A stretch of 64,000 bases of DNA from the IMG/VR virus record IMGVR_UViG_3300006201_000016, positions 4,457 to 68,456 of that record; one strand, given 5' to 3'. This document shows positions 19,001 through 27,816 of the stretch, piece after piece. Under the pieces are notes generated by a model. That model saw only the letters and a list, made by a program, of their open reading frames with translations, was not told the origin of the DNA and did not search any database. The stretch's first letter is position 1. Each line of letters starts with the position of its first letter. This stretch comes from a virus. The position numbers and the translations under genes were made by a program.

Positions 19001-22000
19001 TCGAATCCGAAACCATTTCTGTTATTACTGAATACCCATTTATCTTCTTTCCCAACTGTATTCGTATACCGTTCTTTGTGTTTACAACTTCTAAAACATC
19101 ATCGTAACTATCTATATAGTCAGCGACTTTAAGATAATCATCACGACTCAAAAAAATATCGCCCACCTCTTTCGGCTTTATATGATTATTATATGAATGT
19201 TTTAAATCATTTGCGCTGAGTTCAAGATAATACCCAGAAAGATCAACATCATCGCCTGTAATCCGTTTTACTTCTTCGATAAACCTGCCACCGGTTTTTC
19301 CATAAGCTTTTTCTACATCCTTAACCTTTCCTTCTACTGCATCAGTAATAAAACTTCTTATTTCCTTATCATTTGATAAAATCAGTCTTTCTCCGTTATC
19401 AAAAAGTTTTCTTTTTTTATATTTTACTTTTTCAGTTCCAACTTTAAGATATTCTGATAAATCATTCTGCATTAATCGTCTATTCTCAACAGTAACATTA
19501 TGAGGAATATCTTTCTTGACATTTCCCCGTACAGTTGGTAGTATACTATTAGTAGCAGAAGTAGATGCGGCAAACGCTTCGGGCGTAGGGTGCGGGGAGT
19601 TATCCATGTTCACCAGCAGCGGTGCTTCTGTTTTATTTTCGGATATATACGCGCTTATTACCTGCATCTTCTTTGCTTTACTATCAGGCACAGCTTCCAC
19701 AACATAATATGTACCATCAATCGCCTTTTCATATCTAACTCCAATCGATGGCGTTTGATCTGAATTTGCAAAAGCCTTAAATAATTTCTCGTCTTTCTTG
19801 TCAACGTTCAACAAATCTACATTGTCATAATTATTAAGTACATACTTAATACGGGCAACATCCTCACTGTTGCGCATTGTACTGTCAGCAGCTCCGCTTA
19901 TTCCGTGTCTTTCTTCTATGTGATTTATTGCACTTCCGTTTATATTGTGTGTATATCCTGCCACATCAACCCCAGTAAGCGCTCGCACATCTTTTTTTGC
20001 TTTGCCGCTTACATCACCTAAATTGTAATTCAATTTGCTTGCTACATTTTTATCGCTGAGATTTTTCACCTTTTCCACAAAGCCAAAGAGCCCGTTGTCG
20101 ATTGAATTTTTATAATCCTGTATCGTTTTTCTCTGCTCTAAAGTATGGCTTTCCTTAACGCCTATAACACTGCGTTCCTGTACCGGTGGATTAAGTTTAG
20201 TTGTTTGCAATTCCCCCGGCGCTACCGTTCTCGGCAGCTCCCTGTTTGCGCGCTCGCTGTCTATCGTATAAGGCCTTTCGACATTCTCATCTACATAGCT
20301 CTTGAGAATGCGTGGTCTTCCTTGCCCTATGGTATCCATATTGCGGCTCATTATCTCGTCAAGCTCCGGACTGTTAAATTCGCCGTAAAGTTTTCTTTTT
20401 TTATATTTTACTTTTTCAGTTCCAACTTTAAGATATTCTGATAAATCATTCTGCATTAATCGTCTATTCTCAACAGTAACATTATGAGGAATATCTTTCT
20501 TGACATTTCCCCGTACAGTTGGTAGTATACTATTAGTAGCAGTAGCACTGTTCAGTGCAATGCTGGTTGGCGTTTCGGACGTTTGGTGTTGGGCTTTGGT
20601 CATTCTACCGTCCAGTCTGCTTGCCGATACATCTGTATCGGCTTTTTTAATGTATGCAGATACTACATCTATTGTTTTATTTGCATTATCAGGAACTGCA
20701 CTCACAACATAATAGTGCCCGTCTACTCGTTTCTCATACCGAATGAGCGGTGCCGGAGAATTGTCAGAATTCAAAAAAGCCGTTGTCGTATCAGGCTCAC
20801 CTTTATTGTTTCTTACTATGTCAATATTGTCAGCGTTTCGCATTACATAGTCAATACGCGCAATATCATTAATATCAGCCATGCTGTTATCAGCCTTTCC
20901 TTTAATTCCGTGGCGTTGATTTATATGCTCTACAGTGTTTGAATGTAATCTGTGATGATATCCACTAACATCTTTACCTATTAAATCGCGTATTCTTAAA
21001 CTCTCCGGAATTGTGACTTCTGACATTTTTTTACTCGCCTTTTTGCTGACACTACTATTTCTCACTTTCTCTACAAATTTTTTTATTTCCTTATCTGTTG
21101 ATAAAATGTATTCGTTATAGACTTTTCTATGTTTTAAGTCCACAGTATCAGCATTTATGTACGATGTGCCTTTATACAACAAATCACCCGGTGTTACAGT
21201 TTTCGGCATTTCTCTACCTACACGCTCACTGTCTATTGTGTACGATTTTTTTATAATCTCGTTTTTTGGCGGCAAAAGGCCGCGCTGATTCGCAAAAGTA
21301 TCAGCGTCCCACGCCTCCAGCACGCCGTTATCAATCTGATTTTTACCCTTTCTCGCATTGCTCTCATCGGCAAGCCTTTTTAGCCTTTCGGCGTACGATT
21401 CAACCTCTGCCCTTTCACTCACGCTCAAATTAAGCAAGTCAGCGCTACTTGTAAGGTTTTTCCCACGCAGCTTCTTGAACGCCGCACCGATAAACTCCAT
21501 ACCTACTCCAAGCCCAAAATCAAACGCTTCCTGCTTTGCAAATTCATTTACCGCTTCCTCACCGCGCAGCCCCTGTTTATTAAGCACATAGTTTACATTG
21601 AGCGGTGCACCAAGTACAGCGTCAGCTGCCACACTCTTTAATGCGCCCTGCCCGAATTTTCCGAGCTTTGCCGCTCCCGGAAGCTTCATTGCCGCTTTTC
21701 CAACGGCTCCGCCAAACTTACCGTACGCCATTAAATACGGCAGCGCCTCGCCTACCATATTACCTGCAGCACCCGATGTAGTGTTATTGACAAGATCCGA
21801 TACCATTTTTTCTGCAGGTGTTTCCTCCTGCCAGCTAAAACGCGTAGTCGGCCCAAGCGCAAGACCGCGTCCGAGGCCCTGCATAAATCTCTCCACAGGT
21901 GAATTTGCCGCAGCAATTAAATCCTTTGCCGCCTGCACTTCTCTTTCCTCTTCAGTTGCATTCGCTTTAATTCCCGTCTGAATAGCCCTGTTTCTCGCTA

Positions 22001-22412
22001 CTGGATCACCTCCAAGAATAAGACCCGATTTGGGTAATTCTTTTTTCAAATAGCTTTTTCCCTTGGCTTTATTCTGAATTTCTTTTGACGCCGCTATCTT
22101 TTTATACTTCTCTGCAGTCTCTTTGCTTGCATTTCCATATGACTTCATAGCATTATAAGTCTTTACTCCTGCAATCGCATTATTCCTTGCCACCGCATTA
22201 CCGGAAAACTGCATAGCAATCATATTCGAAAGTGGCTTTGCAGTATTCTTTTGACCTGTCACCTCATACAGCCTTTTAGAGGTTCCTTTTATTGCCGTTC
22301 CATCAGATCTTTTTATCGGATTACTAACAAGGCTGCTTCCGTTGGAAACAGCCTTGTTCACATCATTTTTATTATCCTTTTTCTTTTTTATAGTATTAAG
22401 TTCTATTGCCAT
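16032..22412 (-). CDS. Large polyvalent virion/ejection protein (2126 aa) with three PBECR-like RNase domains and a C-terminal LPD38-like region
   Basis: Domains with HINQRHG/HIEERHG/HSYNNH and KRVDGHYYVV/KAIDGTYYVV/KKINGYSVI motifs; RIPK...QIDYIIDSYTG region; EF-hand-like DADGNHSISQKE. Confidence 0.8.
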   Translation of the reverse strand: MAIELNTIKKKKDNKNDVNKAVSNGSSLVSNPIKRSDGTAIKGTSKRLYEVTGQKNTAKPLSNMIAMQFSGNAVARNNAIAGVKTYNAMKSYGNASKETAEKYKKIAASKEIQNKAKGKSYLKKELPKSGLILGGDPVARNRAIQTGIKANATEEEREVQAAKDLIAAANSPVERFMQGLGRGLALGPTTRFSWQEETPAEKMVSDLVNNTTSGAAGNMVGEALPYLMAYGKFGGAVGKAAMKLPGAAKLGKFGQGALKSVAADAVLGAPLNVNYVLNKQGLRGEEAVNEFAKQEAFDFGLGVGMEFIGAAFKKLRGKNLTSSADLLNLSVSERAEVESYAERLKRLADESNARKGKNQIDNGVLEAWDADTFANQRGLLPPKNEIIKKSYTIDSERVGREMPKTVTPGDLLYKGTSYINADTVDLKHRKVYNEYILSTDKEIKKFVEKVRNSSVSKKASKKMSEVTIPESLRIRDLIGKDVSGYHHRLHSNTVEHINQRHGIKGKADNSMADINDIARIDYVMRNADNIDIVRNNKGEPDTTTAFLNSDNSPAPLIRYEKRVDGHYYVVSAVPDNANKTIDVVSAYIKKADTDVSASRLDGRMTKAQHQTSETPTSIALNSATATNSILPTVRGNVKKDIPHNVTVENRRLMQNDLSEYLKVGTEKVKYKKRKLYGEFNSPELDEIMSRNMDTIGQGRPRILKSYVDENVERPYTIDSERANRELPRTVAPGELQTTKLNPPVQERSVIGVKESHTLEQRKTIQDYKNSIDNGLFGFVEKVKNLSDKNVASKLNYNLGDVSGKAKKDVRALTGVDVAGYTHNINGSAINHIEERHGISGAADSTMRNSEDVARIKYVLNNYDNVDLLNVDKKDEKLFKAFANSDQTPSIGVRYEKAIDGTYYVVEAVPDSKAKKMQVISAYISENKTEAPLLVNMDNSPHPTPEAFAASTSATNSILPTVRGNVKKDIPHNVTVENRRLMQNDLSEYLKVGTEKVKYKKRKLFDNGERLILSNDKEIRSFITDAVEGKVKDVEKAYGKTGGRFIEEVKRITGDDVDLSGYYLELSANDLKHSYNNHIKPKEVGDIFLSRDDYLKVADYIDSYDDVLEVVNTKNGIRIQLGKKINGYSVITEMVSDSKKSIKFKNMWGISTAKYNERYKKKHPRTLRASLQQKLPESYSYANTGNTFNAMLSEEIENVKKDVPLIENMVADQMSVKSKPAAESVKKRLFDFSRKLYTGTVDNLYPLARLDEKVKILSSNMRKSKGTADSILHNGMVDMAGRNIAPSIDGVVMALDDVFASVADKNAFNEYLLHKVNIERGPMGKGILDNVSAAESRSAVKSFEKMYPQFKTLSDFVYANNDVLIDEWYVKSGLISKELGEKLKKMYRNYVPVMRDGVTNTEGFNKKVISAAQMVKEAKGGNKSIIAPNVALAIHTEKAVRAARMNELNLAILDMVRKNPDQFEGAIKLADGNIAKYENTIIKNSSELLNEEGLDAMDNVLDNLMGKDIKGNYYVVAMETGKPVRMNVNEEIYNALNTLQRNPSDETATKMLNIVNKYWSGPFKALITGLNPFFAVRNAIRDVPTAYIQGTENNIFKFMKNMFDATKGIVKNDPMFQEYVALGGKQGGYFNVEGGLGAPKGLRKKLSKPVELVTAINELTEAAPRYGEYLGTLKRSEGGLKNASYDDIQRALYNSGEVTVNFGRSGDIAKTVDKFVPYLNPAVQGIDKFFRSMGSSPATAAKAAMVLSIPTVSLHLYNQAYHKEAYNRLDDRTKDTYYCFYIPNSDGKFVRIPKSREAGVLFSVLPERMLRYMGGDDEAFRGFGNTVATNFAPQSPVENNILAPAVYYLPQNKDFAGRTIVPDRLKDLYAYEQYDEKTSEVAKWLGSAAAELGINNGEGLSPKQIDYIIDSYTGIIGDVLIPATTEGGNVFEKVVTGPFVADNVYSNNIQNDFYSAMDSINKERNHIDMSGSAESWQRTPEDKMYSYYLEASKEMSDLRKRERELATLPNSKEKSEAQRELRKQINAIAEEALAGSDRAYAGYKAEYIPEISDMSEEKQEFYRKKLRPLGMSASEYKSLLNSFDADGNHSISQKEVRAVLDDSGLSETKKALMFEIACPNAKNNPYR
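18817..18938 (+). ncRNA. Intragenic antisense promoter and structured sRNA after RNase domain 3
   Basis: TTGACA-17-TAACAT with TGn; RNA about 18852-18938 whose 5' and 3' ends pair, ending in T8. Confidence 0.65.
19403..19558. repeat. 156-bp exact direct repeat, copy 1 (copy 2 at 20387-20542)
   Basis: Identical sequence 984 bp apart (in frame). Confidence 0.95.
19516..19640 (+). ncRNA. Intragenic antisense promoter and structured sRNA after RNase domain 2
   Basis: TTGACA-17-TAGTAT with TGn; AGCAGAAGUA pairs with UGCUUCUGUU; internal CGC-UUCGG-GCG hairpin; U-rich end. Confidence 0.65.
20387..20542. repeat. 156-bp exact direct repeat, copy 2
   Basis: Identical to 19403-19558. Confidence 0.95.
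20500..20648 (+). ncRNA. Intragenic antisense promoter and structured sRNA after RNase domain 1
   Basis: TTGACA-17-TAGTAT; CGU-UUCGG-ACG hairpin; terminator GCCGATACA-tc-TGTATCGGC-T6. Confidence 0.7.
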
Positions 22413-22424
22413 ATTACCCTCCTC

Positions 22425-23741
22425 TTAAAGACCGAGAGCCTTTATAAGCTTATCCTTGTCGTCATCTGACATCCAGATATCACTGTTAATAACTGTTTTT
22501 GCTCCATTATCAGTTGCTGTCGGAGAATCATAGTACCTGCCAAGAGCCGCAAGTACACGCTGATAGTCTGTACCACTCACATCAAGCCCATTTACAGTGC
22601 GATCATTTCCAGACGCCTTGTTACTCCACGCCGATGAATTTGAAAATGATTTTGATTGCTTAGCCTTTGTTTGCGTAATAAGGCTCTTAAGCGCCATTAC
22701 GCGCGGATCCGTTTCCGATACTCCCTGTGCCAAAAGCCTATTTATTTCCGCCTGTGGATTATCTGCATAGGCATCAATATAAGTCAGATAATATTGAAGC
22801 TGCCTTTCCTCGTCGTCTTTCGCTTCAGATGTAAGCTCCCTTTCAAGCGCAAGCCTGTTTGTTGCAAGAGATAAATACGATTCCGCCGCCTGCTGCGCAA
22901 TATTTACCGCCTGCTGAGCTTTTTCTATGTCTCCTGTCAAGCGGACATCGGTTATAGCATTATCAATATCCGTGAGCTGCGATATCCTTTTCGTATTTAT
23001 GTCCTTAATATTATTTGCATAAGTATTGTCAAGGTTTATAAGCCCCGATTCCGTGATACCACCACTCATTCCCGCTGCAGCATACTGCTCAGGAAGCTCT
23101 TTTTTAGATTTCATAAGACTAATCCACGCCTCACGCGCTGCGTTGTCCATAGCATCATTTATTCCCGTTTTCTGTTTTTCAAGCGCATTTACACTCTGCC
23201 TTATACCTGCATCCGTTGCTGCTTTCTGCTGTGCAAGTATATTATCGTAAGCTTCCTGCTGCTTTCGTTCAAGATCATCATATGTCTTTGCGTAATCAGA
23301 TTGTCCGGATCTCTCAACATCAACACCATCACTCTGATTTCCGACCTCTACACCCTTACCATCTTTTATTGTCCAGTAACGTCCGCTCTTATCAACACTC
23401 GTATATCCTTCACCTATACGCGTACCATCCGAGAGATAAGTCTTACCGTCTTGAATGTATCCTGAAACAGCGCTGCCTTCAGGAGTATATACTGTAGTAT
23501 TATATCTACTGCTTGATGACTTACCCGATGATGAAGATTTTGAACTGCTTTTCGAGTTTCCTGAAGCGTTTTGATTAAGCGGAATATTTTTAGATCCGTC
23601 CGCTCCTCCCGAATATCCGGCCTTCGCTCTTTCAGCCTCTGCCGCTGCGTGTGCGGATGCCATACCTGCCTTATCACCTTTTGCGTACGCCGCCGCATAA
23701 TCTTTTTTTGCTTGATCTATAACTTTCTGATTTACCGCCAT
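22425..23741 (-). CDS. Internal virion/ejection protein (phage A)
   Basis: Coiled-coil with AAGMSGG motif, directly upstream of the giant protein; shares an N-terminal beta domain with 58828-60333. Confidence 0.65.
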   Translation of the reverse strand: MAVNQKVIDQAKKDYAAAYAKGDKAGMASAHAAAEAERAKAGYSGGADGSKNIPLNQNASGNSKSSSKSSSSGKSSSSRYNTTVYTPEGSAVSGYIQDGKTYLSDGTRIGEGYTSVDKSGRYWTIKDGKGVEVGNQSDGVDVERSGQSDYAKTYDDLERKQQEAYDNILAQQKAATDAGIRQSVNALEKQKTGINDAMDNAAREAWISLMKSKKELPEQYAAAGMSGGITESGLINLDNTYANNIKDINTKRISQLTDIDNAITDVRLTGDIEKAQQAVNIAQQAAESYLSLATNRLALERELTSEAKDDEERQLQYYLTYIDAYADNPQAEINRLLAQGVSETDPRVMALKSLITQTKAKQSKSFSNSSAWSNKASGNDRTVNGLDVSGTDYQRVLAALGRYYDSPTATDNGAKTVINSDIWMSDDDKDKLIKALGL

Positions 23742-23758
23742 CTTAATACCTCCTTGCT

Positions 23759-24025
23759 CTATAAAATATTTTTCTTTACATCTGGATCCTTCACCACATC
23801 CACTATCGTATTCGCAGAATCAACAATCTTTTTTACACTCGCCGCATCTATCATACCCTCCGACAACATATATCCGATAGCGCCGCCCGCGGCAACAATC
23901 GCGCCCGCAATAACTTCAGCAGAGCTCTCCGCATACCCGAACATCATCATAACGCCCGATATAATAGTAGACAGTGCTACCCAAAATTTACGGCTCTGCA
24001 ACTTTCTAAATATCTTCTCTTTCAT
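23759..24025 (-). CDS. Holin
   Basis: KLQSRKFWVA motif and two TM segments. Confidence 0.75.
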   Translation of the reverse strand: MKEKIFRKLQSRKFWVALSTIISGVMMMFGYAESSAEVIAGAIVAAGGAIGYMLSEGMIDAASVKKIVDSANTIVDVVKDPDVKKNIL

Positions 24026-24341
24026 CTTCTTCCTCCGCCCTGTCCGTTCTCAAGCGATATACCTTCTCCATTCTCGCGTCCATATCGCCGTTCCACCCGT
24101 TCGCTTTGTATGCATCAAATAATATATTCAGCGTATGACGCTCATCTGGTGTCGCAAAACCCTTTGTTAAGAGCCTCTCTATTTCATTTGAAATTGTTCC
24201 ATATGTAACGGCTGCAAGGGTCTTACGAAGCAACGCCTGCCCCTCGCTATCTTTACTTTTCTTATTCAACTTATACTGCACAAGGCAGGTAAACGCATTA
24301 CTCCCCAGCACAGTCAGTATAAACGCCATTATAGTATCCAT
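24006..24341 (-). CDS. Lysis-module membrane protein (holin-associated)
   Basis: N-terminal TM; YKANGWNG motif. Confidence 0.6.
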   Translation of the reverse strand: MDTIMAFILTVLGSNAFTCLVQYKLNKKSKDSEGQALLRKTLAAVTYGTISNEIERLLTKGFATPDERHTLNILFDAYKANGWNGDMDARMEKVYRLRTDRAEEEDEREDI

Positions 24342-24352
24342 AATAACCCCTC

Positions 24353-24802
24353 CTATCTGTTGTCTTTATATCTAAACGCTTTACAACCGAATTTATCCGA
24401 ATGGCTGTCGAAGTGCATTCCCCACTTGTACACTTCAACCCCTCCGATTTTATCGTGCATCGTGCATATGGCTTGCCACCAGTACGTAAATCTCTTTACA
24501 GCCTCATTGTCTTTCGTGTCTATGTTGTTTATATCAGTCGCACGCCCGTCAAGATGAGCGGAGTTTAAAGCTCCGCCGCATTTCTTATTAAAGGCCTTAG
24601 TCCTATACCAGCTCGACACATTGAGCGGCTTGCCGTAGCAATCTCGCAGCTCTTGCATCATCTCAGCGTGCTCGACTACCTCAGGAGTAAGCGCAAGCTT
24701 TATATTATCCGCCGCCTGCTTATTCGTCATCTCGGCCAGTGTAAAATTCTTAACGAGCCTGCCATCCATTATATATGGCATACTGTTTTCCTCCTCAACC
24801 AT
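24353..24802 (-). CDS. Peptidase M15 (Zn D-Ala-D-Ala type) endolysin
   Basis: NFTLAEM, SSWYR, SAHLDGRATD, MHFD; near-identical to 63250-63678. Confidence 0.85.
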   Translation of the reverse strand: MVEEENSMPYIMDGRLVKNFTLAEMTNKQAADNIKLALTPEVVEHAEMMQELRDCYGKPLNVSSWYRTKAFNKKCGGALNSAHLDGRATDINNIDTKDNEAVKRFTYWWQAICTMHDKIGGVEVYKWGMHFDSHSDKFGCKAFRYKDNR

Positions 24803-24854
24803 AAAAAATCCTTAACTGTTCATTTCCCAACTACCGAGAAATTCTCGGTAGTTC

Positions 24855-25589
24855 TTATATAAATTGCAGTCCGTATCCCTGCATCTGCGACGTATTTATC
24901 CTCGCGAATTTTTCTGTTCCATTAATCGCCGCTATGTGTCCGCCATCAAGCATAATCGCAAGTTCAAATTGCATCTTGTCTCGGCAGTGTACGTTTATCT
25001 GCGCCGCCGTCATATTCTTGTAGTATACTCCGTAAACTTTACTGTTCTTGACCGCAAGGACAGTATGATTAGTTTTTCTAAGTACATCGCTGTATGCACC
25101 GCTGAAGCCTTCGCCCGCAGGATCGTACGCACTGAGTAAACCCATTCCACCGACAGCCCAACGAACGCCTTTTGGCAATTCTGCCGTACTCTTACATTTC
25201 TTGAGACCGAACGTGCCGCTATTGAGCCTGTAAAGCACACTTTCAGGCTTTCCGATATGAGCGTGACACGCTGCCGAATACACAGCTTGTCCCTTATTCA
25301 TAAGTATCGAGCAGGGAGTCTTCCCGCTCTGATATGTAAAGCTGCCTGATAGCGAATTATTGTAGTTTTTAAGTCCGCCATTCGGGTCAAATGCGAGAAG
25401 GTCATTTCCGATAATGACCGGATAACCGTACATTTGAAGTGTTACGGGAAAACAATCAGCGCCGACTTTTGCCGCGATATCGCTCATCGTCTGCGTACCG
25501 ATAATCCCATTGTCATAAGCACCGATTGCACGCTGCACGGCCTGGAACATTTTCTTTTCGCTGTTTGTACTGTATGTAATGTCTTTCAT
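24855..25589 (-). CDS. Phosphodiester glycosidase (NAGPA-like) protein with N-terminal peptidoglycan-binding-like segment
   Basis: QRAIGAYDNGIIG.QT, AVGG and AIMLDGG motifs. Confidence 0.7.
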   Translation of the reverse strand: MKDITYSTNSEKKMFQAVQRAIGAYDNGIIGTQTMSDIAAKVGADCFPVTLQMYGYPVIIGNDLLAFDPNGGLKNYNNSLSGSFTYQSGKTPCSILMNKGQAVYSAACHAHIGKPESVLYRLNSGTFGLKKCKSTAELPKGVRWAVGGMGLLSAYDPAGEGFSGAYSDVLRKTNHTVLAVKNSKVYGVYYKNMTAAQINVHCRDKMQFELAIMLDGGHIAAINGTEKFARINTSQMQGYGLQFI

Positions 25590-25605
25590 ACAAAATCTCC
25601 TTTCT

Positions 25606-26589
25606 CTACTGTTCTCTCAAAATATACACACAGTCTGCTGGCGCAAGTGCCGTCAAATTCGGTGTATTATTATTCCCGTCGCAAAGTGTAAAACCTTCGG
25701 GAATCGGTATTGTTTGTCCAGACATATCCTTTGTATAAAAAAGAATTATACTGCCACCAGGGAATCTGCTGTCAACATACTCTTTATTAGTCGCATCGAA
25801 TTTTGTCTTTGGCTCTGTTAATCCTGTTACGTATCGTCTTATACCTGTGGCCCTTATGTTTAGACTTGGAGATACTCCGTTGGCTGTAAGAGAAATATTT
25901 GCAGTTTTTCCTTCAACAGTTATTCTTCCATCATCGCTTGCTTCTACCTCTATTACGGAATTACCACTTTTTTCAGCACCTATAATTGCTTGAGTTGAAT
26001 TTGCCCATACAGTTATATAACTACTACCGCTTGGCTCTTGCAACATTAATGTTGCTTCTTCGTTTTCAATTTTTGTCATACCGGTGATTGTTCCACCTGA
26101 CTTTGGAAATGCTGCATCAGCGATATCCTTAACTGCTTGAATTGCTCTATTGACACCTAACGGGGTTGCGGCAACCCCCTCACCGCTGCCCACCGAATTA
26201 CTCGGCAAATCCGAAAGAGCCACAATACCTTTAGTCTGATTTCCGCCCAAAGGAGTATTCTCAATTATCCAAACGTTGGTACCGGAAAGGCCGAAAGCAT
26301 CTTCAACATAAGTTAAATTCCAGTATGTTCCGCTTTTAATTACATTTGTGAAAGGTACCGTACCATTAGACGTAATGATTGTAAAAGCTCCCGTTTCGTT
26401 GACATCCAAAGTTGCTTCAACATTACTCGAAAAAGCATTTTCAAAATATATTCGTACTCTTACACCATTTTTTAATATAAATCCTTCACCAACATCAACT
26501 TTCTTAGCCGCAAGTGCAGTTTGCGTAGAACAAATGCCTTGCCATACTTTTTCCAGCCTATTCACACCGCCTACATTCGTTATACCCAT
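25606..26589 (-). CDS. Tail fibre protein
   Basis: TLDVNETGA, KGIVALS...AATP, PKSGGTITG, DATNKEYVD and C-terminal collar-like PEGFTLCDG.N.TPNL. Confidence 0.8.
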   Translation of the reverse strand: MGITNVGGVNRLEKVWQGICSTQTALAAKKVDVGEGFILKNGVRVRIYFENAFSSNVEATLDVNETGAFTIITSNGTVPFTNVIKSGTYWNLTYVEDAFGLSGTNVWIIENTPLGGNQTKGIVALSDLPSNSVGSGEGVAATPLGVNRAIQAVKDIADAAFPKSGGTITGMTKIENEEATLMLQEPSGSSYITVWANSTQAIIGAEKSGNSVIEVEASDDGRITVEGKTANISLTANGVSPSLNIRATGIRRYVTGLTEPKTKFDATNKEYVDSRFPGGSIILFYTKDMSGQTIPIPEGFTLCDGNNNTPNLTALAPADCVYILREQ

Positions 26590-26984
26590 TACTTACTCAC
26601 CACCTTTAATTTTACCGGAATGTCTATTGATGGTACTATGCCCAGCGCCTTAATTCTGTTCGCACTATTGCTGCCCAAAATAATGGCATTGCCGTACGCC
26701 TCAAGCTGCTCCTTTGTGCAAGTACCCGAAGGCGACATCTCGATGTCATATTCCGTGCTTGAATATGACCGCTCAAAATCGTATACACCATTCACCCAGC
26801 TCGATGCCAAAAGCGAAGTAACAACAAGCTCCGACGTCGCGCCGCCTACAAGCTGATTACCATCTCCGCCCGCCTTACCTATGTACAGCTTATTTTCATC
26901 ATTCACAAAGCCAAATTCACCCTCAGAAAGCTGAGGCAAATCCGCCTTATTTCCCCGTCTTATCTGTAATTTCCTATATGCCAT
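26589..26984 (-). CDS. Tail-spike/fibre N-terminal-type protein
   Basis: LQIRRG....LP.L.EGE.G...D...LYIG motif. Confidence 0.7.
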   Translation of the reverse strand: MAYRKLQIRRGNKADLPQLSEGEFGFVNDENKLYIGKAGGDGNQLVGGATSELVVTSLLASSWVNGVYDFERSYSSTEYDIEMSPSGTCTKEQLEAYGNAIILGSNSANRIKALGIVPSIDIPVKLKVVSK

Positions 26985-27765
26985 ATCCTGCCTCCTTAAA
27001 ATTTCCCGCTTGATGCGTTATAAGGTCAGGTTCAAAGTCACCACAATCAATATTCATAAAGTCTGTAATGATGGCATCTATCTTACTTAATGCTTCTTCT
27101 GCTTTCAATGCACTATCACTTGCCAACCTCACACAATCTTCTACCGTTGTTTTGACGCTCTCGTACTCATCCCTTGCCTCAAGAACGACTTGGCAGGCAT
27201 AAATCAAATTCGTAAGGACAGGATAGTGTGGATCAAGTGTAAAATCATACCCTGTGCCAAGGTCGGATACTACGCTGAAACAAACTCTTGCTGTTGATAT
27301 TCTGCGTTTCTGCTTATCAAACAATTCAAGCGTAGCAAAGCATTCTCCTGCCTCGGAAATAGCACTCGATGTCGGAATTATAATAACCGTAGATGTTTCT
27401 TTATCAATCGCAATATTCCCTTCTTGCACCCCTACTGTGTCCGATCCTATCGGTGCATTAGGTGCTCCTGGAAGCGGTGGTGCAATCGGTGCATTAGGAT
27501 CGACAGGAACTGCTCCCGTTCCGGCATCACCGCTGCCGCTGACATCAAAAGCGGTCGAATCAACCTCTATATTTCCGTCTGGACGCAAAACTGTAAAGGT
27601 TACGCTTTCTACATCGCTCATATCGAACGGCTTTCCGTGGCGATTAAGAAGTGTTATTATAAACTTGTTTGCTCCCGTATCATTTTGCACAACAGAGCCT
27701 ATATGCTTATGCTCCTCTCCGTTTCCGAAAACAGGAAGCTGCGTATTAAATATTTTCTCACTCAT
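26974..27765 (-). CDS. BppU-family baseplate upper-like protein
   Basis: VQND.G, RPDG and G.C.A.LEL motifs; Pro-rich PNAPI repeat insert. Confidence 0.65.
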   Translation of the reverse strand: MSEKIFNTQLPVFGNGEEHKHIGSVVQNDTGANKFIITLLNRHGKPFDMSDVESVTFTVLRPDGNIEVDSTAFDVSGSGDAGTGAVPVDPNAPIAPPLPGAPNAPIGSDTVGVQEGNIAIDKETSTVIIIPTSSAISEAGECFATLELFDKQKRRISTARVCFSVVSDLGTGYDFTLDPHYPVLTNLIYACQVVLEARDEYESVKTTVEDCVRLASDSALKAEEALSKIDAIITDFMNIDCGDFEPDLITHQAGNFKEAGYGI

Positions 27766-27784
27766 AAAAGCCTCCTATAAATAA

Positions 27785-27804
27785 AGCGGGAGAAATCTCC
27801 CGCC
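27785..27804 (-). terminator. Hairpin/terminator after the head operon
   Basis: GCGGGAGA-aa-TCTCCCGC followed by a T-rich run on the minus strand. Confidence 0.6.
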
Positions 27805-27816
27805 TTCCGAGACGGC

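Noticed and set aside
19403-20542. Diversity-generating retroelement TR/VR pair
   Set aside because: The copies are identical with no adenine-specific mismatches, and no reverse transcriptase is in the window
18817-20712. Tracked + strand ORFs starting at 18817, 19516 and 20500 as protein antitoxins
   Set aside because: Their TTG 'start' is the first half of the TTGACA -35 box, upstream of the predicted transcription start, and they lack an RBS
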